Notes under the pieces: model-generated
The model's input: the letters and a program-made list of their open reading frames with translations, nothing else
Told to the model about the DNA's origin: nothing
Database searches by the model: none
Shown here: positions 1 through 8,767 of the stretch, piece by piece
Numbering within the stretch: the first letter of the stretch is position 1
How the letters are laid out: each line of letters begins with the position of its first letter
DNA from: an uncultured Acidobacteriota bacterium
GTDB lineage: Bacteria > Acidobacteriota > Thermoanaerobaculia > Multivoradales > JBCCEF01
Length of the DNA stretch: 64,000 bases
Direction of reading: 5' to 3'
NCBI GenBank assembly: GCA_963730155.1
Contig: CAVSQV010000003.1
Location: 2,938,496-3,002,495, forward strand
Translations under genes and position numbers: made by a program

Positions 1-275
1 GCACCGCGGATCCTGAGCGAGGTCGAGGATGTCCTTCCGTGGCACTGTCTCACGATCATTGGAGAGGCGACGAAGAAGCTGCCGGCCGAGGTGACCGAGC
101 CCCATCCCGAGATAAGTGGCGGGCGATGGCCGGGATGCGCGACCGCCTGATCCACGACTACTTCCGCGTCGACTATGAGCTGGTGTGGGACGTAATCACT
201 ACGAAGATACCGGATCTTCGAGCTCCGATTCAGGAGCTTCTCGAAGGGCCTGAGTCCCGCGGACAGCCCTCGTAG
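1..275 (+). pseudogene. HepT-like HEPN/DUF86 toxin remnant (nucleotidyltransferase substrate-binding family), 5'-truncated by the window and frameshifted
   Basis: Frame 1 from nt 1 gives ...ILSEVEDVLPWHCLTIIGEATKKLPAEVTEPHPEIS then a stop. Frame 3 (track ORF 39..275) continues WRAMAGMRDRLIHDYFRVDYELVWDVITTKIPDL, which contains the HEPN Rx4HxY motif (R-DRLI-H-D-Y). The two halves join with a 1-nt indel near nt 115-120 (gagata-ag-tggcgg). The M start of the track ORF is an artefact. Confidence 0.55.
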
Positions 276-297
276 AGGAAGCCGGTGCCGATCTCGA

Positions 298-1287
298 ATG
301 GGGGGTTCTATGCAGCATGCCGATACGTTCTTCAGCTATTCGCGTGATGATAGCGAGTTCGTCCTGAAGCTGGCCAGCGGGCTCAGAGAGCAGGGCGTCA
401 ATCTGTGGCTGGACCAGTTGGACATCGAAGCCGGCGAGCGGTGGGACTCGGCGGTCGAGAAGGCCCTGGGATCCTGCCATACCCTGATCGTCGTGCTGTC
501 GCCTAGCTCGGTCGCCTCCGTCAACGTGATGGACGAGGTTTCATACGCCTTGCAGTCGGACAAGCGAGTGGTGCCCGTGCTGAGCCGTGCCTGCGCCGTC
601 CCATTTCGTCTCCGCCGCGTCCAGCACATCGACTTCGTGGACGACTACGATCGGGGCTTCAAGCGCCTCATCCAGGCACTGTCCGGCGCTCCTGGGGACG
701 CCGCAGTCTCACCGGCGGTGGCGCCGCTGGACCGGCTGCCCGCCCGTGTCGAGCCGGCAGCCGATCGCGCTTCCGGAGGTCCTTATCGTCACCCGGGGAA
801 ACGGCTGGCCGTCGGCATCGGTGTTGTGGCGGTCCTTGCCCTGGTCTCCTTCCTGGTGTTCCAGTTCGTCCCGAGAGGAACCGTCAACACGCCGCCCGAG
901 CAGGTCGATCCGTCGGCCGGGAGCGTCGGCACCGGCGAGATACTGGCGGTGGAAACGGACCAGACGGAGTCGAAGGCCGGCCCAGTTCAGGTAGAGCTGA
1001 CGCGCGCCAACGAGACGGATCTGGCGCTGGATGTCAACTGGATCGATTTCCAAGGGGTGGAGCGCTTCTCCGGAACGATAGAGCCAGGCGACAGCCGGGT
1101 CGCGGGAACTTCCAACAGCGGGGCTCTGTTCAGGGTGAGAATCCACGACCCTCAGTGCGCCGAGTTGAATCGAGTTGAGGTCGAGGTGTTCCAACTGGTG
1201 GACGCACCGAAGCAGACCCTGAAGATCAGCCCACACATGATCACGTCGGACATGAGACAGCGAGCGAAATCCCGGCTGGGCTGCTAA
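298..1287 (+). CDS. TIR-domain protein with a single transmembrane helix and a ~130 aa C-terminal extracytoplasmic domain
   Basis: The N-terminus FFSYSRDDSEFVLKLASGLREQGVNLWLDQLDIEAGERW...TLIVVLSPSSVASVNVMDEV has the bacterial TIR (TIR_2-like) pattern, including the conserved Glu in the S-x-x-x-x-(D)E context. A hydrophobic helix LAVGIGVVAVLALVSFLVFQFV follows, then an unassigned C-terminal domain. A G-rich RBS (gaatgggggg) precedes the alternative ATG at 310. Confidence 0.75.
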   Translation: MGGSMQHADTFFSYSRDDSEFVLKLASGLREQGVNLWLDQLDIEAGERWDSAVEKALGSCHTLIVVLSPSSVASVNVMDEVSYALQSDKRVVPVLSRACAVPFRLRRVQHIDFVDDYDRGFKRLIQALSGAPGDAAVSPAVAPLDRLPARVEPAADRASGGPYRHPGKRLAVGIGVVAVLALVSFLVFQFVPRGTVNTPPEQVDPSAGSVGTGEILAVETDQTESKAGPVQVELTRANETDLALDVNWIDFQGVERFSGTIEPGDSRVAGTSNSGALFRVRIHDPQCAELNRVEVEVFQLVDAPKQTLKISPHMITSDMRQRAKSRLGC

Positions 1288-1338
1288 AACTCCGGGTGCG
1301 ATCATCGGGACAAACCGGGCCAATCAGAGCAAGTCGGA

Positions 1339-2637
1339 TCAGAGCGGCTCGAACCGGTAGCCGAGCCGCTCCTTCACCTCCTCCAACCGCTGGAGCAGGG
1401 TCGCGCGGTCGGGGGCGCCGAGGTTGACGATCCCGTAGCGGTAGCTCTTGCCGTCCTCCCACCAGTCGAAGTCGACCAGCTCCTCACCCTCCTCGCATTC
1501 GGTCCAGATGCGCGTGCCGGGATGGAGAGCCTCGGCGGCGGCTACGTCGTCGAGGTTCGGGGCGTGGACGACGCGCACCGGCTCGAAGACGCGCAGCGGC
1601 ACGCTGGCGGCGGCGGCGAACCTCCCCTCGCGCCGGGCGCGGCGCGGGGATTCGCCGGCGGCCAGGGCGAGCGCGATCTCGTAGCCGGCGACGCCGTCGA
1701 CCTTGGCGTAGAGGTCGGAGAACTGGCCGCACATCCGCGGGTTGATCTCGATGATCGCGAGCCGCCCGGTCGCCGGGTCCCGGATCATCTCGAGGTTGAA
1801 GAGCGTCGATTCGAGCCCCGAAGCGCGGATCGCCCGCGCCGCGATCGCCGCCATCTCCTCCTGCACCGCCGCCGGCAGGTCCGAGGGGTAGTCGAAGCGG
1901 ACGAAGCTTCCGGTCGCCGGGTCGGTCACCGAGTCGACCACGCCCAGGATCTCGACCTCGCCGCCGGCGACGTACCCCTCGACCGTGGCCAGCCGTCCGG
2001 TGAGGAGCTCCTCGGCGAGGAAGTAGCGGCCGCCGACCGGCGTCGGCAGGTAGCGGCCGAGCAGGCGGTCGAAGGCCTGCATGTACCGGGCGGCGAAGGT
2101 CTGCACCGCCTCGGTCGAGAGGAACTCGACCAGCTCGCCAGGCGAGTCGATCCGGCCGGCGTGGATCGAGTACGCGCCCTTGACCGGCTTGACGAAGCAC
2201 GGGTACGTGAGCGCCGCCGCGGCCGCCGCCAGGTCTCGCGAGGGAATCGGCGGCGAGGAAAACGGCGCCGAGTCGACCAGCGCGAAGCCGGGGACCGCCT
2301 CCGGCACCGCGGCGACCTGGCTCCGGCGCGACAGGTACTTGTGGGCGACGCCGAGGACCGCCTCGGGCCGCGAGCCGGGCAGGCCGAGCTCGGTGGCGAG
2401 GGCGGCGGCGACGGGGGCGCCGGGGTAGTCGCTCGAGCTGGCGACCCCGTCGATCCGGCCGCGCCACTCCGCGGCCGTCCGATCGATGAAGTCGAGGACG
2501 TCGAAGTCGTAGCTCACCGCGTCGGCGGAGGGCTCGGCGAAGAGCGGCTCGAAGCGGTCGCCCCAGCCGTGCCGGCAGGCTTCGAGCTGCCGGCGGTCCC
2601 AGCCGGTGGGAAAGACGAACAGGATTCGCTTCTTCAC
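1339..2637 (-). CDS. ATP-grasp domain protein (carboxylate-amine ligase superfamily)
   Basis: 432 aa with protein-like composition. The central and C-terminal region shows the ATP-grasp pattern (..YPCFVKPVKGAYSIHAGRIDSPGELVEF.. and ..GRLAIIEINPRMCGQFSDLY..). The gene converges on the TIR gene. Confidence 0.8.
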   Translation of the reverse strand: MKKRILFVFPTGWDRRQLEACRHGWGDRFEPLFAEPSADAVSYDFDVLDFIDRTAAEWRGRIDGVASSSDYPGAPVAAALATELGLPGSRPEAVLGVAHKYLSRRSQVAAVPEAVPGFALVDSAPFSSPPIPSRDLAAAAAALTYPCFVKPVKGAYSIHAGRIDSPGELVEFLSTEAVQTFAARYMQAFDRLLGRYLPTPVGGRYFLAEELLTGRLATVEGYVAGGEVEILGVVDSVTDPATGSFVRFDYPSDLPAAVQEEMAAIAARAIRASGLESTLFNLEMIRDPATGRLAIIEINPRMCGQFSDLYAKVDGVAGYEIALALAAGESPRRARREGRFAAAASVPLRVFEPVRVVHAPNLDDVAAAEALHPGTRIWTECEEGEELVDFDWWEDGKSYRYGIVNLGAPDRATLLQRLEEVKERLGYRFEPL

Positions 2638-3025
2638 CGGACGGGGACTATACCCGCGTGAGAACCGCCGCGGCCGGTCGTCACGCCGCTCGCACGGCTT
2701 ATGAGCTTACGGGCATAGAATCACCGGGCTCGACCTCACCGGGACTCCGGGCTCTCCGCTCGCCTCCGGGGCGAAGTCGTTGACCTCGCGTTGCTTGGCG
2801 GCGGAGATCGGCGATCGGCCGGCGCTGGCACGCGGCGTGCCGGAGGCAGTCCGATCCGATCCGGCGCACTGGTGGCGTCTCGCGACACTGGAAGTGAGGA
2901 GCAGTGCGCCCATGAATCCCTGATTCCCGGGACCCCGGGCACGGGCCATCCGGTCCGCGGGCCGTTCCGTCCCCGGACGAGCGCCGACGAGTAGACCCGA
3001 CCCACGATCCAAGGAGAAGGAAGCG

Positions 3026-4630
3026 ATGAGGATCCGACCGCTGACGCTGGCCCTGGCCGCGGCTCTCGCCTGCGGCGTCGTCTCCGGCGCCGCCGCCGAC
3101 ACCGTGACCGACTGGAACGCCGCCATCCTCGACGCCATCCGCGTCGATCGCACCAACCCGCCGCGGGCGACCCGCAACATGGCCCTGATGAACACTTCGA
3201 TCTTCGACGCGGTCAACGGCATCGCTCCCGCCTATCACCACTACCACGTCGCCCCCGCGGCGCCCGCCGGCGCCTCGCCCGAGGCGGCGGCCGCGGCCGC
3301 GGCGCACCGCGTGCTGTCGGCGGTCTACCCGGCGCAGCAAGCGGCCTTCGACGCCCAGCTCGCCGACTCGCTCGCCGCGGTGCCCGACGGCGCCGCCGAG
3401 GACGACGGCGTGGCCTGGGGCGAGCAGGTGGCCGACGCGATCCTCGCCCTGCGCGCGGACGATGGCAGCACCTCGGTGGTCGACTACCTCTCGCCCACCG
3501 GCGCCAACTGGTGGGTGCCGACGCCGCCGGCGTTCGCGCCCGCGCTGCTCCCGCAGTGGGGATCGGTCGCTCCCTGGTGCCTGTCGAAGTCGAGCCAGCT
3601 CCGCCAGGCGGCGCCGCCGCCGCTCTCGAGCTCGGAGTACGCCGCCGCCTACAACGAGGTGCGCGTCCTGGGTGACGCCGACAGCGCCGTCCGCACCGCC
3701 GACCAGTCCCAGATCGCCCTGTTCTGGAACGACGGCGCGGGCACCCACACCCCGCCCGGCCACTGGAACGAGATCACCCAGAGCCTGTCCGTGCAGGAGG
3801 GGCTGTCGCTGCTCGAGAATGCGCGCCTCTTCGCGCTCCAGGGGCTGACCGTGGCCGACGCCGCGATCGTCTCCTGGGAGAACAAGTACCACTGGAACCA
3901 CTGGCGGCCGTACACCGGGATCCTGCACTCCGACATCGACGGCAACGACCAGACCGGGCCCGATCCGGGCTGGTCGAGCTTCATCACCACGCCGCCGTTC
4001 CCGGCCTACACCTCCGGCCACAGCACCTTCAGCGGCAGCAGCAGCCGGCTCCTGGAGCTCTTCCTCGGCACCGACGACATCGCGTTCAGCGCGACCTCGG
4101 ACGGCCTGCCGGGAGTGACCCGCGCCTTCGCCAGCCTGTCGGAGGCGGCCGAGGAGGCCGGCCAGAGCCGGATCTACGGCGGCATCCACTGGCAGTACGA
4201 CAACTCCGGCGGCCTGGCCAGCGGCCGGGCGCTCGCCGAGCACGTCTTCTTCAACTTCCTGCGCCCGCTCGTCGCGCCTTCGACCTGCGCCGCCGACGGC
4301 GACACCCTCTGCCTCTCCGGCGGCCGCTTCGAGGTCGAGGCCGCGTGGCGCACCGAGGAGGGCGGCGGACCCGCGACCGCGATCGCCGACACGGACGAGT
4401 CCGGCCGGTTCTGGTTCTTCAACCCGAACAACACCGAGGTGGTGGTCAAGCTCCTCAATGGCTGCGGGCCGTTCGACCACTTCTGGGTCTTCGCCTCCGG
4501 CCTGACCGACGTCGAGGTGACGCTGACCGTCACCGACACCGAGACCGGCGCGCAGCGGATCTACTTCAACCCGCAGGGCAAGGACTTCGCGCCGGTGCTC
4601 GACACGGCGGCGTTCGCGACCTGCCCGTAG
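3026..4630 (+). CDS. Secreted PAP2/vanadium-dependent haloperoxidase-family protein with an extra C-terminal Cys-bracketed domain
   Basis: Signal peptide MRIRPLTLALAAALACGVVSGAAA. All three acid-phosphatase/vanadium-haloperoxidase signature motifs are present: KYHWNHWRP (Kx6RP), YTSGHST (PSGH) and SRIYGGIHWQYD (SRx5Hx3D). The C-terminal ~120 aa (CAADGDTLCLSGGRFEVEAAWR...FWFFNPNNTEVVVKLLNGCGPFDHFWVFASGLTDVEVTLTVTDTETGAQRIYFNPQG...FATCP) is a separate conserved-looking module. Confidence 0.8.
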   Translation: MRIRPLTLALAAALACGVVSGAAADTVTDWNAAILDAIRVDRTNPPRATRNMALMNTSIFDAVNGIAPAYHHYHVAPAAPAGASPEAAAAAAAHRVLSAVYPAQQAAFDAQLADSLAAVPDGAAEDDGVAWGEQVADAILALRADDGSTSVVDYLSPTGANWWVPTPPAFAPALLPQWGSVAPWCLSKSSQLRQAAPPPLSSSEYAAAYNEVRVLGDADSAVRTADQSQIALFWNDGAGTHTPPGHWNEITQSLSVQEGLSLLENARLFALQGLTVADAAIVSWENKYHWNHWRPYTGILHSDIDGNDQTGPDPGWSSFITTPPFPAYTSGHSTFSGSSSRLLELFLGTDDIAFSATSDGLPGVTRAFASLSEAAEEAGQSRIYGGIHWQYDNSGGLASGRALAEHVFFNFLRPLVAPSTCAADGDTLCLSGGRFEVEAAWRTEEGGGPATAIADTDESGRFWFFNPNNTEVVVKLLNGCGPFDHFWVFASGLTDVEVTLTVTDTETGAQRIYFNPQGKDFAPVLDTAAFATCP

Positions 4631-4665
4631 TCCTCGTTGCGGGGGGCTGCTCGAGCCCCCCGCCT

Positions 4666-5922
4666 TCATCCCCCGATCCGGAACAACTCGCCCGCCGCCA
4701 GGCAGTCGCAGAGGCGGCGGTACGTGCGCTCGAGGGCGCGGCGGCCGGGGTCCGTGCCGAGCGCGCCGAGGATGCGGCGGGCGAGAGTCCCCTCGGCGAG
4801 GTAGAGGTCGAGGAAGCCGCCCCAGGGCCCGGGCTCGAGCAGGCCGGCCGCGGCGGCGGTCTCGGCGAGGTGCGCCCAGACCCGGCCGGCCGGGAGCGGC
4901 GAGGTGGGGAGGCCGAGGACGGCGAGGAGCGCCGGGTCGTCGACCAGCGCGCGCTCGCCGTCGCGGATCGCCCGTTTGAGGAGCGCCGCCAGCGGCGCCG
5001 TCGGCAGCGCCTGGAGCTCGGCGAGCAGCGCGAAGCGCTCGGCGTCGAGCAGCCGGAGCGCCGCCACCGCCAGCGCCGCCACCGAGAGGTCGGCGCCCGG
5101 CCCTTCCTGCGTGTCGATCACCCGGATCTCGATCGAGCCGCGGCCGAAGCGGGCGATCGCGCCGCGCGAGTTGAGGAACTCGTCGCGCAGGACCCCCTCG
5201 GGGTCGTGGGGCGCGATCTCGGCGAACATCGGCTGGAAGATCACCCGGTCGTAGTCGGCCCGGGTGAAGACCGGCTCGGGGATCACCTCGCCGGCCACCG
5301 ACGGCACCCGGCCGGCGTTGCCCCGGTAGGCCTCCATGCGGCTGTCGAGGAGGCCGGTGACCCGTCCTTCGACCACCGGCGAGGAGGCCGCGAGCGCCGG
5401 CAGGAGCGGCAGCACGGCGCGGATCGCCGCGTGGAGGCGGCCGAACTCGGCGTCGCCGTCGAACGGGAGGTTTAGATGCAGGCTCTGGAGGTTCGACCAG
5501 CCGTGCCCCTGGCAGCCGAAGATGCGGTCGAACGCCTCGTAGATCGCGCTGTTCTCGTGCGGCCAGAGCCGGGTCTCGCGCTCCGGGTCCATCCACGGGT
5601 GCATCGCGGTCGGCATCAGCCGGCCGCCCATCGGTCCGAGGATGCCGAGGATCCGCTCCACGCTCTCCTGGAAGCGCCCGGGGAGCGGCGCCAGCGCCGG
5701 CGCCGGGCCGGTGGTCTTGAGCTCGACGACGTGGAGCACCAGCTCGTTCGACCACGAGATGCCGCCGACGTCGATCTCCGACTCGTAGGAGCCGGCGACC
5801 GCCTTGATCAGCTCGTCGGTCGCCGGCAGCACGTCGAGGGTCGCGGCGTCGACCAGCATGAATTCGATCTCGACCCCGACCGCCTCCCACAGGCGCCAGC
5901 GGCGCGGGGCGGGCTCGCTCAC
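4666..5922 (-). CDS. Glutamate-cysteine ligase family 2 (GCS2/YbdK-like) carboxylate-amine ligase
   Basis: 418 aa. The N-terminus WRLWEAVGVEIEFMLVD and the overall length and pattern match GCS2-type ligases. It lies 14 nt downstream of the RimK-like gene on the same strand. Confidence 0.8.
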   Translation of the reverse strand: MSEPAPRRWRLWEAVGVEIEFMLVDAATLDVLPATDELIKAVAGSYESEIDVGGISWSNELVLHVVELKTTGPAPALAPLPGRFQESVERILGILGPMGGRLMPTAMHPWMDPERETRLWPHENSAIYEAFDRIFGCQGHGWSNLQSLHLNLPFDGDAEFGRLHAAIRAVLPLLPALAASSPVVEGRVTGLLDSRMEAYRGNAGRVPSVAGEVIPEPVFTRADYDRVIFQPMFAEIAPHDPEGVLRDEFLNSRGAIARFGRGSIEIRVIDTQEGPGADLSVAALAVAALRLLDAERFALLAELQALPTAPLAALLKRAIRDGERALVDDPALLAVLGLPTSPLPAGRVWAHLAETAAAAGLLEPGPWGGFLDLYLAEGTLARRILGALGTDPGRRALERTYRRLCDCLAAGELFRIGG

Positions 5923-5935
5923 CGCTTTGCCTTTC

Positions 5936-7414
5936 TCACCGCTGCGGCTCCGGCGCCTTGCGCTTCTCGACGCGCTCCATGAACACCTCCATCACCCGCC
6001 GGTAGAGCGCGTCGCCGACCACCTCGTCCTCGAAGCCGCCGTCGACGTTGGGGTTGTCGTTGACCTCGATCACCCAGCAGTCGTCGCCGCGCTGCTTCAA
6101 GTCGACGCCGTAGAAGCCGTCGCCCATCAGGCGCGCCGCGGCGGTGGCACGCTCGATCACCTTCGGCGGCACCTGGTCGATCGCGAAGCCGCGCACGATG
6201 CCGTAGTCGGCGACCTTCCCTTCGGCGTCGCGCTGGATGATCTGCCAGTGCCCCTCGGCCATGTGGTACTGGGCGGCGAAGAGCGGCTGGCCGGCGATCA
6301 CGCCGACCCGCCAGTCGAAGTCGGTGGGCAGGAACTCCTGGGCGATCAGGAGCTCGGAGTCCTCGAGGAAGGCGCGGCCGACCTCGAGCATCTGGGCCGG
6401 GCCGTCGATGCGCTTGACCCCTTTCGAGAAGTAGCTGTCCGGCTGCTTCAAGATGCACGGATAGCCGGTCTCGCGCGCCACCGCCTCGAGGCTCTCGGCG
6501 TCGAGGATCCGGGTCGCCGGCATCGGGATGCGCGCCCGCGCCAGCGCCTCGGCGAGGAACACCTTGTTCGAGCAGCGGAGAATCGACTCGGGATCGTCGA
6601 TCACCACCAGCCCCTCGGCGGTGGCGCGGCGGGCGAAGCGGTAGGTCGGATGGTCGACCGCGGTGGTCCAGCGGATGAACAGGGCGTCGAACTCGGCCAG
6701 CCGGCCGTAGTCCTCGGGGCCGATCAGCTCGGGGCGGAAGCCGACGTGGTGGGCGGCGCGCAGGAAGCGCCGGATCGCCTTCTTGTTCGACGGCGGTTCG
6801 GTCTCGGCGGGATCGACCAGGATCGCGAGGTCGAAGCGGCCGGCGGCGACCCGGTTGGCCGCCGGGTAGCGGCGGGCGAAGTGCTGGCGCGCCGACTCGA
6901 TCACGAAGTCGCGGTGGCTGGGCGGGATCTCGCGGGCGGCGATCGGGCGCAGGCTCTCGAGCCGCCAGGCGCCCTCGTCGTCGTGCCCGAACGCCGCGCG
7001 CAGCATCGGCGCCGGGAAGTGGTTGAAGAGCTTGGTCGCCAGCCGCTGGTGGCGGTGCGCCAGGTTGCGGCCGAAGTAGACCGAGAGGGTGAACTCCTCG
7101 GCGGCGATCGGGGCGAGGCTGCGCTGGATCTCGGCCTCGAGGTCGTCCGAGATCAGGTTCAACCGGGTACGGTGACGCAGGTCCTGGATCGTCGTCACGC
7201 TCGGCACCGGCCGGTGGCCGCGCGCCTGGGCGAGGAGCGAGACGTAGTAGCCGAGGCTCTGATAGCGGTAGCGCCGGCAGAGGTTGAAGACCTTGACGCC
7301 GCGGCCGACCGAGTATTCCGGATCGGTCAGGTAGCGCCGTGCCGGCACCACCGAGACGCCGGGCACGTCCAGCGGCCAGTCCTCGGGCTTTTCGACCACG
7401 AACAGGATGGGCAT
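5936..7414 (-). CDS. RimK-family ATP-grasp ligase with an N-terminal RLAN-like domain
   Basis: 492 aa. The C-terminal half has the RimK-type ATP-grasp pattern (..GYPCILKQPDSYFSKGVKRI..LIAQEFLPTDFDWRVGVIAG..CWVIEVNDNPNVD..). The N-terminal ~230 aa resembles the RimK-like ATP-grasp N-terminal domain that is found with GCS2 partners. Confidence 0.8.
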   Translation of the reverse strand: MPILFVVEKPEDWPLDVPGVSVVPARRYLTDPEYSVGRGVKVFNLCRRYRYQSLGYYVSLLAQARGHRPVPSVTTIQDLRHRTRLNLISDDLEAEIQRSLAPIAAEEFTLSVYFGRNLAHRHQRLATKLFNHFPAPMLRAAFGHDDEGAWRLESLRPIAAREIPPSHRDFVIESARQHFARRYPAANRVAAGRFDLAILVDPAETEPPSNKKAIRRFLRAAHHVGFRPELIGPEDYGRLAEFDALFIRWTTAVDHPTYRFARRATAEGLVVIDDPESILRCSNKVFLAEALARARIPMPATRILDAESLEAVARETGYPCILKQPDSYFSKGVKRIDGPAQMLEVGRAFLEDSELLIAQEFLPTDFDWRVGVIAGQPLFAAQYHMAEGHWQIIQRDAEGKVADYGIVRGFAIDQVPPKVIERATAAARLMGDGFYGVDLKQRGDDCWVIEVNDNPNVDGGFEDEVVGDALYRRVMEVFMERVEKRKAPEPQR

Positions 7415-7565
7415 GGTTCCCTGGCCTTTCGGCTTCCATCAATTGCCGGCATCGTAGCTCAGCACACCCCCGGGATCGCAGGGCCAAGTGGAAACCTCGG
7501 CGGCTCCACCCGGTGAACCTTTCGGCCTAGCGAAGTGTCTAAGCAATAAACAGGGGGGTGCGATC

Positions 7566-8264
7566 ATGACCTGCAGCAAGTACGCGTTTCTCGTTCCGGT
7601 GTTCGGGGCCGCGCTCGCCGCGGCCTTCACCGCTCCGGCCGCGGCCGACGGCGACTGGCGGCTCGAGCTCTCCGGCGTCTACACCGAGGCGACCTCCGGG
7701 GGCGCCCCCGACGGCTCGTTCGGCGGCGGCCTGGCGGTCGGGTACCGGCTCACGCCGCGCCTCGGCATCGAGTTGGGCGCGTTGACCGCCGAGCTCTCGG
7801 ACGAGACGCGCGTCGACTTCTTCGACGTCTTCGAGGTGACCGTCGAGACCTCGCTCGGCTACACCCCGGTCCTCGCCCGCCTCGACTTCCACCTGACGCC
7901 CGACCGCCGCGCCGACGTCTACGTAGGACCGGTGGCCGGGTACGTCTTCTTTGACGACCTCACCCTGCGCACCTCGATCGAGTTCCCGGGCCTGCCGGGG
8001 CCGGGGCCGGTGCCGGTGACCGAGATCCGGCTCCGCGCCGACGACCAGTTCACCTGGGGCGCCCACGCCGGCGTCGACGTCCGCGTCGGCTCCGCCGGCA
8101 GCCGCGCGTTCATGAGCGCCGGCCTCACCTACCTCGACCTGCCGGTCGAGGTCGAGGTGCCGGCGGGCGGCGAGATCGAGGGCGGCGGCGAGATCGACTT
8201 CGACGCGGAGCGCGGCGACCTCGACCCGCTGATCCTCCACCTCGGCTTCGGCGTCCGCTTCTAG
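7566..8264 (+). CDS. Outer-membrane beta-barrel protein (OmpW/OmpA-like)
   Basis: RBS caggggggtgcgatc then ATG. The signal peptide is MTCSKYAFLVPVFGAALAAAFTAPAAA. Alternating amphipathic strands end in ...LHLGFGVRF with a C-terminal Phe. The track ORF starts earlier at 7488 but has no RBS there. Confidence 0.6.
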   Translation: MTCSKYAFLVPVFGAALAAAFTAPAAADGDWRLELSGVYTEATSGGAPDGSFGGGLAVGYRLTPRLGIELGALTAELSDETRVDFFDVFEVTVETSLGYTPVLARLDFHLTPDRRADVYVGPVAGYVFFDDLTLRTSIEFPGLPGPGPVPVTEIRLRADDQFTWGAHAGVDVRVGSAGSRAFMSAGLTYLDLPVEVEVPAGGEIEGGGEIDFDAERGDLDPLILHLGFGVRF

Positions 8265-8279
8265 CTCCGCTCTCCGGCG

Positions 8280-8708
8280 TTACCGCCGGCGCAGCAGCGC
8301 GTCGGCGCTGTAGCGGCCGGCGCCGGCGAGGAGGAAGGCGAGCGCGACGACGCCGTAGAGCATCGCCATCTCCTTGGTCTGGAACGGATCCGCGCCGTGG
8401 ACGACGAAGAACGCCGTGCCCATGGTGCAGAGGATGAAGACGGCGGCCGGGCGGGTCAGCAGGCCGATCGCGAGGAGCGCGCCGCCGACCGCCTCGGAGA
8501 GCGCCGCGGCCCAGGCGAAGACGGCCGGGGCCGGGAACCCCATCTGGGCGACTCCGTCGACGAACTGATCGGAGACCGGGAGCTTGCCCAGGCCGTGGCC
8601 GAGGGCGAGGCTGGCGCCGGCGGCGGCGCGCAGCAGGAGCAGGGCGAAGTCGAGCAGCGCGGAACGGCCGTCCGCGCCGCCGACCAGGAGGTTCCGGATA
8701 CTTGGCAT
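8280..8708 (-). CDS. DoxX-family membrane protein
   Basis: The internal start MPSIRNLL follows a good context. The protein is 142 aa with four predicted TM helices (FALLLLRAAAGASLALGHGLGKL...AAVFILCTMGTAFFVVHG...), typical of DoxX. The upstream part of the track ORF is Arg/Gly-rich artefact. Confidence 0.7.
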   Translation of the reverse strand: MPSIRNLLVGGADGRSALLDFALLLLRAAAGASLALGHGLGKLPVSDQFVDGVAQMGFPAPAVFAWAAALSEAVGGALLAIGLLTRPAAVFILCTMGTAFFVVHGADPFQTKEMAMLYGVVALAFLLAGAGRYSADALLRRR

Positions 8709-8767
8709 GCGGGCTTCAACCCGAGCCGGAACGGGTGCCTTCCCGCTCCGGCCCGGGCCGGACCGAA

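Noticed and set aside
39-275. Track ORF MALSHDHWRGDEEAAG... as an intact 78-aa gene
   Set aside because: Its N-terminal 30 residues are wrong-frame sequence. The genuine protein continues from frame 1 upstream, so it was re-interpreted as a frameshifted HepT remnant.
1484-2661. 327-aa and 379-aa ORFs overlapping the ATP-grasp gene
   Set aside because: Both are alternative-frame or antisense products with poly-Arg/Gly composition. The ATP-grasp frame carries the recognisable motifs.
2699-5890. 1063-aa ORF on the minus strand spanning the haloperoxidase and GCS2 region
   Set aside because: Its composition is extreme Arg/Gly/Pro. It is antisense to two well-supported genes. It is a typical high-GC artefact caused by stop-codon depletion.
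7440-7520. tRNA-like D-arm motif (ggcatcgtagctcag) in the RimK/OmpW intergenic region
   Set aside because: No acceptor-stem complement, no T-loop GTTCRANYC and no anticodon arm could be built around it. This is a chance match to TAGCTCAG.
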